Of a stretch of DNA of 64,000 nt, positions 50,720 to 62,000 are shown piece after piece. Below the pieces are notes generated by a model. That model saw nothing but the letters and a program-made list of their open reading frames with translations, did not search any database and was not told where the DNA came from. Source of the DNA: Raillietiella orientalis (Eukaryota); assembly GCA_036172245.1 (NCBI GenBank), contig JAYWIR010000026.1, positions 2,852,001 through 2,916,000 on the forward strand, read 5' to 3'. The translations under genes and the position numbers were made by a program. Numbering within the stretch: position 1 is the stretch's first letter; every line of letters starts with the position of its first letter.

Positions 50720-50988
50720 ACGGTCCGTCCTCCCCTGGCGCCTTGCGCCTCTTGAGCCTCTTAATCCCGGCTATAATTTCGCTGGTCGTTAAGGGCTCGT
50801 TCAGGTTTTCCTTCTCTTCCTCCTTTATGGTCGAGTGTCCATCCTCAAGGACGTGCTGCGAGACGTCCCATTGCGTGGGTATCCTGGCGTGAAGTGAGAA
50901 ATAAAATCTTTGCACAAGGTGCCGTATCCCCGCTGCGGCCGCTGGTCCGTTTACCTTGTCGTCCAGCAGGCTGTCCGACGCAGACTGC
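50720..50988 (-). mobile_element. Segment R: family-A-like EN-RT linker fragment
   Basis: SLLDD...IRHLVQRFY...EPLTTSEIIAGIKRLKRRKAPGEDG. Confidence 0.82.
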
Positions 50989-51180
50989 AGGGCTGAACAT
51001 TCAGCGTACAGGGTCGCCGGTTACAAGCCTTTGCTTGTATATATGGTAGGCTTTTTATGTCACGGGAAGACTGAAACTTCCTTTACATGGTCCTTGCATT
51101 CAATGAACATTCGTAAGCTAGATCTGGACTGTCTCTCTATTCTCAGTGAAGCTGAGCATTCTAGGGAGTTTGACTGACTT
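50987..51180 (+). mobile_element. Segment S: short ORF1 relic resembling G
   Basis: AYRVAGYKPLLVYMVGFL...LDCLSILS aligns with G AYKASGNKPSLVYQVGNL...LDGLSALS. Confidence 0.75.
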
Positions 51181-51706
51181 CTGCTTCAGCGAATAGGTCA
51201 ACTCTTGCTCTTGCTTGTAGGCTTTTTTTATTTGGCCGCTATGAGAATGCATTTCTGCGGCCCAGTGTGCCTTTGCCGGCAGCCACAGATCCGTTTTACA
51301 GCTCCTTCTTTTACTGCGGAGTACACTACAGCTATCGCAAGTTTTAGCAAACACTTTGCTGCATCCTTGAAAATATGACTAAATTAAATGAATTTTACAG
51401 AGGAGGAAACAAAAGGGAGGTCATCCACTTGACTAATTCCTCTCTGCATATGGAGGTCAGATGATGTCAGCTGGCAATTCTTTTAGACATGCTCGACTTG
51501 TAACCTTAAAAGTTTAAATACCAAAGATAGTACTCTAATTATTTTCCCTGCTTTTAAGAGCAATTGTGGCCTACAAACACTTTTATTCACATTTTTCCGC
51601 AAGCCATTAACAAGAGAATGCTCTTATTTTGTTTACCTGCTTTTCTTCAATCAGTGATCTGCTCTGGTTGGAATGTAGGTAAATTTGTTCTTCACTTTTC
51701 TTTCAG

Positions 51707-51843
51707 AATCATGGACGCTGGAGGAGCAACGCGTTCTGGAGCACGCGCTTAAGAGGTTTCCCCCTTCGGTGCCCGCCCGCTGGGTGCGAATAGCCGAGTG
51801 CCTCCCGCACCGCAGCGTCAACGAGTGCATCCAGCGGTACAAG
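51707..51843 (+). CDS. DNAJC2: DNAJC2/ZRF1/MPP11-like second SANT domain, penultimate exon
   Basis: TTTCAG acceptor; WTLEEQRVLEHALKRFPPSVPARWVRIAECLPHRSVNECIQRYK; GTGAG donor at 51844. Confidence 0.85.
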
Positions 51844-51890
51844 GTGAGAAAACGGGAAAGAGGAAAGATATCCTCACACTTGCGGGCGCG

Positions 51891-52610
51891 TTATTCTGCA
51901 GGATCTCGTGGAGATCGTACGGCAGAAGCGGGAAGCGGCGGCGGCGGCAGCAGCATATAAGTGCAGCCGAGATCGTGCCTAGGCGGGTTGCTCTGCAGGA
52001 GCTTCATAATAAACGGGTTGCCGTGGGACATGACCTCAGCTTGCAATTTCATCTGGAGGTCGCGGAATTCCGCGTCGGGCATGTCCTCCATGGCCGCGCT
52101 CCTCAGCTTGTCCACGTATCTCTGCATGATGGACACTGCTTCCGTCTCCGAGGAATCGCCTTCGACTCGGTCGCGATTCAACAGCCTGCTTTCTCCTCCC
52201 ACATACCTTCCCAGCTTCTGTGCCATCTCCTTCGCCGACTCGATCACCTCTTTTGGGAACTGCACGAGTTCCGCTATGCTGAGGCCGAAACTCTGGTCGC
52301 ACGTCCCGGGAGTGACCTGATACAGCAGGGTCAGCGATCCGTCTGCTGCGAGTGCCTCCACATGAAGGTTGCTGACCGTCTTCAGGTCGTGTGCCAGGGC
52401 CGTTAACTCATGAAAGTGGGTCGCGAAGAGACAGAAAGCCCTGATGTTAACAGCGATGTGCTCAGCAATTGCCCACGCCAGCCTGAAGCCGTCGTAGGTC
52501 GACGTACCCCGCCCTAGCTCGTCGATTATGATCAGAGATGACGACGTCGCAGATTTCAAAATGCTGGCAGTCTCGATCATCTCGGACAGGAAGGTAAACA
52601 TCCTGTCCAT
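51891..52610 (-). CDS. MSH2: MutS homolog MSH2 C-terminal ATPase/dimerisation region (terminal exon or gene fragment)
   Basis: TFLSEMIETASILKSAT..SLIIIDELGRGTSTYDGF.LAWAI..FCLFATHFHELT..DQSFGLSIAELVQFP. No upstream exons were recognised, so it may be a pseudogene. Confidence 0.9.
   Translation of the reverse strand: MDRMFTFLSEMIETASILKSATSSSLIIIDELGRGTSTYDGFRLAWAIAEHIAVNIRAFCLFATHFHELTALAHDLKTVSNLHVEALAADGSLTLLYQVTPGTCDQSFGLSIAELVQFPKEVIESAKEMAQKLGRYVGGESRLLNRDRVEGDSSETEAVSIMQRYVDKLRSAAMEDMPDAEFRDLQMKLQAEVMSHGNPFIMKLLQSNPPRHDLGCTYMLLPPPPLPASAVRSPRDPAE
51902..51982 (+). CDS. DNAJC2: DNAJC2-like last exon
   Basis: After a 58-nt GT-AG intron the frame continues DLVEIVRQKREAAA, matching the ELVEMVKAKKAA-type DNAJC2 C-terminus; stop TAG at 51980-51982. 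Confidence 0.78.
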   Translation, partial: DLVEIVRQKREAAAAAAAYKCSRDRA

Positions 52611-52829
52611 TTTTAGTCTCCTCTGTTAGTCAGTTTACACGTGGAAAAAGATGTGAGATACGAGTGCAAAACATTTTGATTGACTTCAACGTTAGAGATA
52701 CTTTTCTAATTCGTTGCAAAGGATCACGGGATACGATACTTTCAAGCTTTGTGGATATCTCTCCTTTCTGTGCCAGCTTTCCGGAGGGAGGCTAGTTACA
52801 AATTTTGTTACCCGTAATAGGTGACCTTC

Positions 52830-54710
52830 AGCTCCGAGTAAAAACAAAACTTAAGTCTCAGTAGAGCATATGAGTGGCACACAGTCCAGCAATGTTGAGT
52901 GTTTCCTCATAGCACTGGTACTTCGAGTGAAGCTCTCCTCAGGTAAATTCCATCGCAGACCTGATGATCCCACTTTACCAGCTTCCCTTCTTTCTTTAAA
53001 TGGCCTAAGTCGTCATTCGCTTCCTACATGGAGAACTCTACAGCTAAGCATGCCTTCTTCTTGGGTTTCGAATGACAGTATACTGGAACTGTGTTGGAAT
53101 GTGAGAGGGGCAAATCTTGCTGTGCATGCTTGTGAGCCTTGCATTTCTACGACTTATATGTTAGTGTGCTGCTATGCAATCGCTCGCCTAGGATCGTTGA
53201 AAAGCGCTGGAAACGTACACGAACGCCTTTTTCTGCGTGAAACCATGCTTCCATCCCCGTCTTTAGCAGTGATCTGCATTAGTGAAATGCACGCAGCACG
53301 CAAAGCCACAAGATGGGCCTTAAAGACAGAGTTATTTACTGGACGAAACCCATCAGCTTTATCTATTATGCTCTTCTGAAGTTCTTGATACACTAGGACC
53401 AAGAATGCTGTTCGAATCTGTACGCTTGTTGTAAACGCCCCGATGGAAGCTGATAAAAAAGCATGCCATACTGCAGTTCCTGAACAGTTTGCTGGCTCAT
53501 GGGCACTGAGACAATGTTCAGATATGCGAACACTGGCCGATTTATAGAAATGCATCGCAGTCTCTTCATGACCTCTAGTTTAAGTGCAAGAGTTCCCTGG
53601 ATGATGTCCCGCTGCACGAGAGAACTCTAAAATTGAAACGGACTTAATCGCCAAGTCTAGTAGTTTACTTGCTGGTTTCTCTTGCATCCGTGGCACCGCA
53701 GCTTTGGAACGGGTGTAAAGTCACCCTTCTGCGGAAATATTTTGCAAGCTCTCACTGTCCTGTGGCGAGATTGATTATCCCGACTTAATACTAAGTGCCA
53801 GATGTGGCAATCGGTTGCGGCATGTGAACTAAGGAGAGGGGGTATGAGAGGTAAGGAAACAGTCGAGGTAGGACGAGTTAGAAGGCGTGACCAGTCGTCG
53901 TTACACTCGCAATCTCAGGCAGAGAGAGCACGCACCAGGAATGCCGAAAGACTCTGCACTCCCAAGTTTGCAGCCAAAAGGACTTCTGCATCGGGGTGAG
54001 CTGGTGAGAATTCCTTGTATCTCGGGTAGCACCCTGCGCTATTGAACAACCGTACCTTTTATCCCAAAAGGCAGTATTTGGCACTACTGCCGATGCAGTG
54101 GGGTGTTTCATGCAACGCTCGCCGATATCTCTAGATCCGGGTGCAGTAAGCACAAATTTCAGCAGCTGCAGGAAACGCAAAACATTCGTACACCTGCTCT
54201 TGCACTCTTATAAGCTGCAACTGCTGCGAAAATGTTCTGCAGTAATGGTACTCAGAACCCCATGTAGCAATACCAGGGGTGGAAAGAAACCCCTTTTCCT
54301 CTGCAGCACATTGCCACCTGTACCGCGTCTAGCAACTGTTTGCTTTCTACGCAGGATTGTAGCCTGAAGCGATGGCAATGGGGAAGGAAGCAAAAACAAC
54401 GCCATGCACTTCGGCCTACGTTTTTTGAAGAGAATAAAAAGAAAGCCTTACTAGAAGAAGACTTTTGAAGTAGCCGGCATCCTCGGAAAGATTCAGAGGT
54501 GGGGCTGCTTCTTTATACCCTTTGGAGTTATAAAGATGTATACTTATTTTATATTCGTCTTTTGTTTTTATTTTCCCCGATATTTTCTGCTGTCAAGGCC
54601 GTCTTACCGGTCTGCACCGGACTATCGGCAAGCTTTACCTAAGTTAGAACATGAAAAGTTCAACGATATTATCATTTCGTGATGTTTATTGTATTCAATA
54701 AACGATCCTG
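52830..54710 (+). mobile_element. Old, heavily decayed 3' half of the same retrotransposon group
   Basis: QPKGLLHRGEL, WGVSCNARR, HLLLH, TLPPVPRLATVCFLRRIVA and AGILGK; a 3' UTR-like T tract, ctgctg...accggtctg...cggcaag and AATAAA near 54697. 5' boundary uncertain. Confidence 0.75.
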
Positions 54711-57700
54711 AGTTTTTGAGTACAACTCTGAAGAGCGGACTTTGTGAGGCACTGTTGCTGGTGATTGTGTTTGCATTCGGGTAGTGGACACACTTGTCTT
54801 CAAAGGCTTTCTTCCAGGAAATGTATAACTGCCATCCCTGAATTTCAGGAAGCGAAACAAATCATCAGGGGGCGTTTCCTTGTAACAAAATATTTCCACT
54901 GGTGCGAAGCCAGATTTGCGGTGTTGAGCTTATCGGCGTCGAGGAGCAACAGTTGGCATATTGGTGTTCCTTTGGTCTTAAGTATTCTTTTTGCCATCGG
55001 TGATCACTACGGTAAACCGTCTCAAGTTCTTAATGAGGCAGGCTATATCTAAACAAATGGAGACTGGTTACTCTGAACAGAGCAAATGTCTTCTCAAAGC
55101 TCACGGGCCGCGCGGAAAAGAAGAATGAAGAATACATGGTGATTTCCAGGCAGTGAATACATGCAAGCTTTGTCATCGCATCGGTCTGTTGTGAGCTGCT
55201 GCACCGCGGTTTGCGTTCAAGCTGAAGAGAATGAAAGCTTCAAAAAAGCCTTGCTTAGAAGCTCGGCATCGGTTAAAAACGCCAAATGAATACGAATCGC
55301 AGTCGGTCTGCAAAAAGCATTCAGCTGCCTCATGTTAAAATTCCTTGAGCTCTTTGAACGTGGCTACTGTCCAAAACATCTTCTGTTCCACCGTTCTCCC
55401 TTCTGGCGTCGTCTATTATGCGATTTGGTTCCTGAGTTTGCCAATTGAGAGATATACCCGTACGTAAAAACATCTGGCTAACCGACATCTGAAATCTTTG
55501 CTATTGTGTTTAGCATCTTCACTGTATGAGACAAGAGGCAGAATTTATGACGCTGGTCAATCTAAATCAAAATATCACCCAAGCTTATGTATCCCTCAGA
55601 ACCATGTACTTGTCTTAAAGCACTATTAACCATCTTGCAAGAGTTTACAGTGCTTTCTATTTGTCGCATCATTTCAATTTTTACTCGCGCTAACAACTCT
55701 CTAATTTATCAGTGAAACATTAAAGGGAAAGGCAGTGAAGTGGGAAATCACAATAGCAAAGTCTTTGCGAGAACAAATAAGCAAGGGGAACTTCTGAGGT
55801 AGTCGTTCTACTGATTACTGGAATGCCGCCTCGAACAGCGAAAAATCGATCCTTCAACCACGAGCTGTGCTTTTAAAAAGGACACCTAAAAAACATGAGT
55901 CTTACATAATCTAGGATGTTCAATAATAAGTAACTATGTGGCAGCTTCGCTGCATATCGTGCGGAAAGTGAGATGGGGTTTGATTTTCCAAAGCAAGTTT
56001 AGCTATCAGTATGCACCTAAGAACAAAACCAGAAAACCAGCAGTTTTGACAGTATTTGATAAAACTTATTAGCAACAGTAGAACTGTTTGCATTTTTCCT
56101 TTGTACTGATAGTTCGCAAAACAGATCATGATTTGGAAACAAGAATTTCTGCGACAAAAAACACACGCCCACGGCAGTGCTTTGTGTATTCGATGATTTT
56201 GGTCAGTTCATTTGCCATGTCTCTGCTTCAGAAAGCACCTCTGTTCCTCATGTACTACTTCAACTTTTCTCGAAGAGGCGTGTAGTATCTGGGTGTTCAG
56301 AAAGAGCAAGAAACGAGAACCATAAATGGCAAGCCATAAGAAATTATATCAATAAGAACTAAAATTTACAATCTGCCTTCAAAGGTTTTCCCAGAGATTC
56401 TAGTCGCTACAATGCCTTTTTATGTACATGTTGAATACGAACTATTTCTATTACCTTCTCTCCTTAGCTGCCATTAAGATGTGCACAAAGAAGTTCACAA
56501 TAAGGCACGAAAACTTTTATTGTCAGCTTTTGATGTTCTGACAAAATCGTGAATACTTTGTAAGATCTCTTCACAGGAGGCTCTTCAACGTGAGTGCAAA
56601 ATAGTTTTCTGGTGGTCGTTTCCAATTGCATTTTAATGTGCTGGGAAGAGGTACAACATTTCTCCCAGTTTGCAGCCTAAATCAGATAGAAAGTTAATCA
56701 ACAGATGCTACAAAGAACACAGACGAATTGTTCCTTATTTTCAAAAAACAGTTCTTCATCTCGACTGCGCTCCATCGATTCCGTGTGCTACTGAAATGAC
56801 CAAGAGTAGCAAACTTTCTCTTCAAACTAAGAAATAAAAAAGCATTGCTTCCTTTTAGAAAATATTTCAGAAAGAAAACAAGCTTAAAAGATGCAGCTTG
56901 CCCTCACGGAACGCATCAGAAAACAAGCACGCTCTCGCACTCTACACAGTTCCTGTGAGATAAAGCAAGCATCTTAAAATCCATAAATGCAAACAACTTT
57001 TCTCTCCTTTGCTTTCCTGATAAACAAATAAAAAGCATAACTACTTCTTACGATGCACTGCATTCATCCACATATCAAACAAAACAAAAGAGACATACCG
57101 TTGAGTTCGACCTCCACCAAAATCGAGGTAACAATAACCATCAAACTCATTCACGTCCATCTCAACAAGCATAGGTATTGGGGCGTCTACCAACTAGAAT
57201 GCTGCTAATTTCTATAACAGAAAAAAATCTAGCTTACAAACAACTCAACGCTGCAAAGACCAGGAGTTTGTGTGGCACGCTTGTTAGTTAGAGTCATTTG
57301 GCAGAATCCATAATTGTTATAAAGAAAAGGAACACAGGGTCCTTGAACCTTTTCAAAACCGATCACAAACACCATTGATTTTTCCCGTGCAACAGTGGCG
57401 TTTCCATTCGATGAATTACAAGTACCAAACTTGATGCAGTATGAAAGAACAGCAACCACCTACAAAGAACACAAATTCTGAAAAACCTCACGATCACAGT
57501 TCACATACATTCTCCTATGAAATTCATTTCCGTACTCGTCTCAAGCACTTATTCACATGCAAAGAGAGTCCTCAAAGTTATCAAAGCAACATCACGACAC
57601 ATCGCAATTGAGACAGCCCCTCATAAAATAGATAAATCATGTGTACACACCTAAACGCACAACAACAAAGCACAGACTTTCACAGAAAGAAGTCGATATT

Positions 57701-60700
57701 CGTAAATCAGCAAGTGCTATTGCGAAGCGAGCTACAAACTGGGAGTCCATCATCAAACTCGACTCAAGCACGCGAAACTCCGCACTACAAGCTGAATAGC
57801 TCACGCTGCGATCATGCTGCATCTCGGTGGAGGAAGCCATGTACACAAAACGCACACACAACACGAACAAACATCGTGCAAGTTGCCAAACAGCGCGATC
57901 ATCTTTCCGAAGCCTGCGTGCTGACGGAGGAAGCAGACGGCAAACCAGATGTTTGCATCTTCATAGTTGCACGATTGAAATGAACAGTGAGCCGCGTACA
58001 AGAAGAGCATCAGAGAAAAGGATCCGCGATCTGACGACTGATTCAATTGTATGCGGAAAGTGTTCCTTACGATGGTGAATGATCGCCACAGCATCAGGCC
58101 TTCCAGAATATAGCACACAACAAGTCGTTCGTTGAGCGTCACACTCCAGCAAGGTGCGCATACGCTCCATGCTTTATACGGATCCATGCACACTGCTAAC
58201 CAATACCAGTCACGTTCAACACTTGTTGCATGTGTCGAATGCGTCGAATATTCGGGACCCTAGAGAACATCACATTGCTGCAGCCGCGATGCAATCCACC
58301 AAGCTGTGCAGCTGCAGGAACGTTACCTACAATCCGCCCGAGATAAATAAACACGCATATGTACCAGGAAATAGAGTTCAGTGTCACGATCAAAATGCTG
58401 CGTGAAGACACAGATGAGCTCATCCCCCTCTCCGAGCATCGGAACGATGAGCAGGTCCATGCAGCCTGGTAATGCAAAGTCAGCGTTTTCTTGCTGAAAG
58501 CGCTAGTACTAACAACACGTGCCGGAAAACGAAAAGGTTTAAAACGAATGATCTGCATATCGAAAACAAAAGAACGTGGCAGATTGAAATTCAGAATGGC
58601 ACGTCCCAGGCAACGAGGGAACTTCCAGTGAGGATAGAACCCATTATCGGGAGCCGTTTTCGTTGCCGTGCTCTATACGGCTGCAAAGCGATGTGAGAGG
58701 CGCGACAAAAAAGCGCTACATACGGAAAGATGTGCTTGAGTTCACACATCTTCACAGGATCTTCGTATACTCCCAAGACGTATGTGCGACATGTGCCCAC
58801 TTCTGTGTTTGGAGCCTTTCTAGAGATGACCAAGGAAATTCACAGTTAAAACGCAGAATCTCTCCTCTCACAAGGAAGATGCATCCCATTTCGCTCCCAG
58901 AATTGCAACGATTGCGTTCATGCCACTCTCGTGCTGCATATGCGCAGTCTCTTTCTGCATGTTGCGAAGGAATCCATAGCAGGAGAAGGTGCTCCTCAGC
59001 TTTGTCGTCTTCGAGCCAACACAACTGAGTTAACTCCATTCTGGTGGTATAGAAGCTGTGCGTTGAAAGGGAGCACGAAATTTATCAAAGGGTCCTTAAA
59101 TTCCGAATAGGCAAGGTTGAAAGGACTTACCTATGGACCTTCTATGCTCCAATCGCTCTGAGGATCGAAAGAAAGGCGAAATGTCTGGCGTTTTCTTTAC
59201 GTAAGCATGTACTGATTGCCGTTGGAGATTCCATTTGCACTCATTCTAGCTCTTCAAGTTTTGCAGTATTTAGTCTACTTCTCCTTTGTCTGCCCTAAGA
59301 AATTATGCTACTTTCGAATTTGGTCAATGGAAACTGAACAGCAGCACTACTGGTAGGCAACACGTTGCTTCCTTGTTCACGATGAGTTGAAAGGTTCATT
59401 CTAACTCTGAGAAGCAGCTTTCTGACTACGATGTGCCAAAGAAGGAGTGAACAAAGTGAACTTATTGGCGACACGCAGTTGCTGTATCTAGTCTTTGTAT
59501 CGAGAAACCTGTCGTGTTCGCTCATTGCAACGCTTGTGAGGAACGTTTCCAAAGAAATCACATTGAGCTCCATATCAATAATAGACATGAGCGCAACCGG
59601 CTGCCGCAGTTTTTCAGCACGCTCGTAGTCCGTATTAAGGAGGACGAGTTCGCTGAACCGACCTGGAATTCCATTCCTTGGATCTCTTACATGCACGTTC
59701 GAGTGGTCGCTCTTATGGTTGAGTCATCGGCAAACGCACCGACGAATGCCATCGTTGCTCACAGGCATCAGATGGATGTGCTGCAGAAAGTAAAGAAACT
59801 CGGGACACTTGTTATCGCTAATCCGGTTTCAAAAGCATTTCAGGAACAAAAGCATCTACACATTGGTGAGATGCAACGTCTGCAATTTTTCAGTCCATCG
59901 CGCTTGCTGTGTCTGGCGACGATTTTAAGCACAATGCATTCTCAAGGAAAACATGGGATACCGAGCACAAACACGGTACTACCTTCCTACGGGAAGCTCA
60001 TTATTCGCATCGAGCTAGCAATCTTCATGCCTCCTATTTCTCAAGAGATCCACGTAGTACTATCGGCAGCTCCGGAATCAGTGTTAGGGTCCTGTTAGCG
60101 GACTTGTTGAGAAAAGCACTTCTCAGTCCAGCCACAAAAAGATCTCTTGCTTAAATTGGCATTCTAAATGCCTTTCAAAATGCGCACGCCGGCTTGGACT
60201 CGGTTCATTCGGACTTGAAATGAGTAAACGTAATGTGAAGAAAACGTTGTGGCAAATAGCAGACGCGTTTGCCAGAAGGATTCCTGGAACTCCTTCGTAG
60301 AAGTGCTGCGCGCCAACGTAGACATATCTTTAGGGACGGCAACGTCAAAAAATGTGCTTCTTTGCATTGGTTACCATGCGTTAGCAGGTTTCACCGCGCC
60401 TGCGTACTATGAAAAGGCCTTTCTGTGAATGCTGGGAATAGTTTCTTCAGTATATGACGCGTGTGAGGAAGGTGAAAGAGCTCGATGGGAGACAGCTGCA
60501 AACGTACCTTTCAGCGATAAAATAATGCGAGCGTGCAGGTTACATGTACGTTTGCGTTGCATCACTGTTTTTGGTTTTTGTTTCTCATGTTTTCAAGGTG
60601 AATAGGGAGAGTTAGTACACAGTTCTTTTATGCATAGATGAGTCGATCCTCGTTGTGTCTTCTTTCTGCTGTGTTTACTTTCGAACCATCTGTAACTCAC

Positions 60701-60818
60701 GAAACAAAACTGTAGTCTTGCGTTCTTGACACAGTATTGGTTGATATCTTTATGTGGCATTCTCTTGGAATTCTTGTGCGAAGCCAGCGTTTCTCTCTTA
60801 AGATCTTGTTCGTGGAAT

Positions 60819-60865
60819 TCTATGCAAGTCTCTTCGGACATCATGTCCGAAGAGACTCGCATAGA
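60819..60865. repeat. 47-bp near-perfect palindrome
   Basis: tctatgcaagtctcttcggacat-c-atgtccgaagagactcgcataga; 23-bp arms with one mismatch. Confidence 0.9.
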
Positions 60866-60952
60866 CTTGTCTTCGTACAGGGAATATTCTCTGATTTTCA
60901 GTCTGAAACGGCTGCATGCAAGAATCCTGCAATTCTTTATTTGAAGCAGTGA

Positions 60953-60981
60953 GGACTGCGATTCCTGCAGAATCGCAGTCC
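60953..60981. repeat. 12-bp-stem hairpin
   Basis: ggactgcgattc-ctgca-gaatcgcagtcc. Confidence 0.8.
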
Positions 60982-61695
60982 GTTTTATTTTCGAAGGGAT
61001 TCAAAATCCCCGTCAATGTGTTGCCAGTAGTGATATTCAGACATTTGGAATGTGCTGCGATTTGTCTTAGAGCGCCTCGTTGCTTCTTCCAGTTAAGAAA
61101 AGGGCATATATCTCGACTTTTTGGCAATGTGTTAGAATGTTTGCCTGCATTGCAAGCCAACAACAGCGTTGTACTCCCGGTAATTTTGTTATCACCACTT
61201 AATTTCTGCTGGAAAACCTGAGTACACGCACTGCAATTCCAAAAAGTAGCTTGCGTTGCCCAGAAAGAGCCCAAAATGGTAAACAGACTGCGATGAGTAA
61301 GGTGGCAGAACAGCCAGAGGAGACAGGAGAGCGGATGATTTTCTTGGTACACAGCCCCACCAACATCGATTCATTTCAATGGAAATTTGCTGTGTTTGTG
61401 CAGAAAGCGTTTCTCTTTGCGTATGTTGACACGACAATTTGCATGTAGAACACATTTTCAATTTGCTGCTTCGCGAAATGACTTAGAGAGGCGCTTGCAC
61501 CATACATTTTCCTAAGGCTGCAGGTGCCACAAAGATCCCTGGGTTAATGAATTGCAGAATTCTTTTAGAAACACCATCAGCAAGAACCAGTAGGTGCTAC
61601 CAGCGTATCAACAGAATAAGTGCGCATTGATGAAGGAAAGCTGCACGTTATTCCCTGAAGCCCGATCCATCAACGTATTATCCATAAACAAGTGG

Positions 61696-62000
61696 ATGAA
61701 ATTTGATTTTCTCCTGGGTTTTCAAAAATTCATTGCTTCTGAGTCTTCCACGGTGTGTGGAGTTTTGCTTCTAATAATAGGCAGTTGGTTGCCATTTCTT
61801 CATGGAAAATACGCACTGAGCTACAGGTTGAACAAAAGCGTGCGTCAGCCTTCCCTCAACCGTGGCCATTCATTCTGAAGATATGTCGCTGCATGCACGC
61901 ATGCATGCAACCAACTATCATTAGAAGCAAAACTCCACACACCGTAAAGGAATTCAGAAGCAATAAAACTTTTAAAAAACCAGAGAAAATTAAATTTCAT
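61696..62000. repeat. ~95-bp inverted repeat with ~115-bp spacer (MITE/foldback-like)
   Basis: Arm 61696-61792 matches the reverse complement of 61907-62000 (shared core acggtgtgtggagttttgcttctaat). Confidence 0.85.

Larger units (their letters stand above)
1..51180. mobile_element. Nested array of Tx1/L1-clade non-LTR retrotransposons (about 17 segments, at least 5 families)
   Basis: Recurring APE motifs (WNVNG, QE, GDFN, IDH, SDH), RT motifs (WRPI, DxxKAFD, GIRQGDSLSP, YADD, KYLG), C-terminal CxxC...H...C finger and ORF1 CX2CX4HX4C knuckles on both strands, with essentially no spacer DNA. Confidence 0.97.

Noticed and set aside
55000..57400. Short ORFs in AT-rich DNA
   Set aside because: No motifs or coding-like composition; treated as non-coding.
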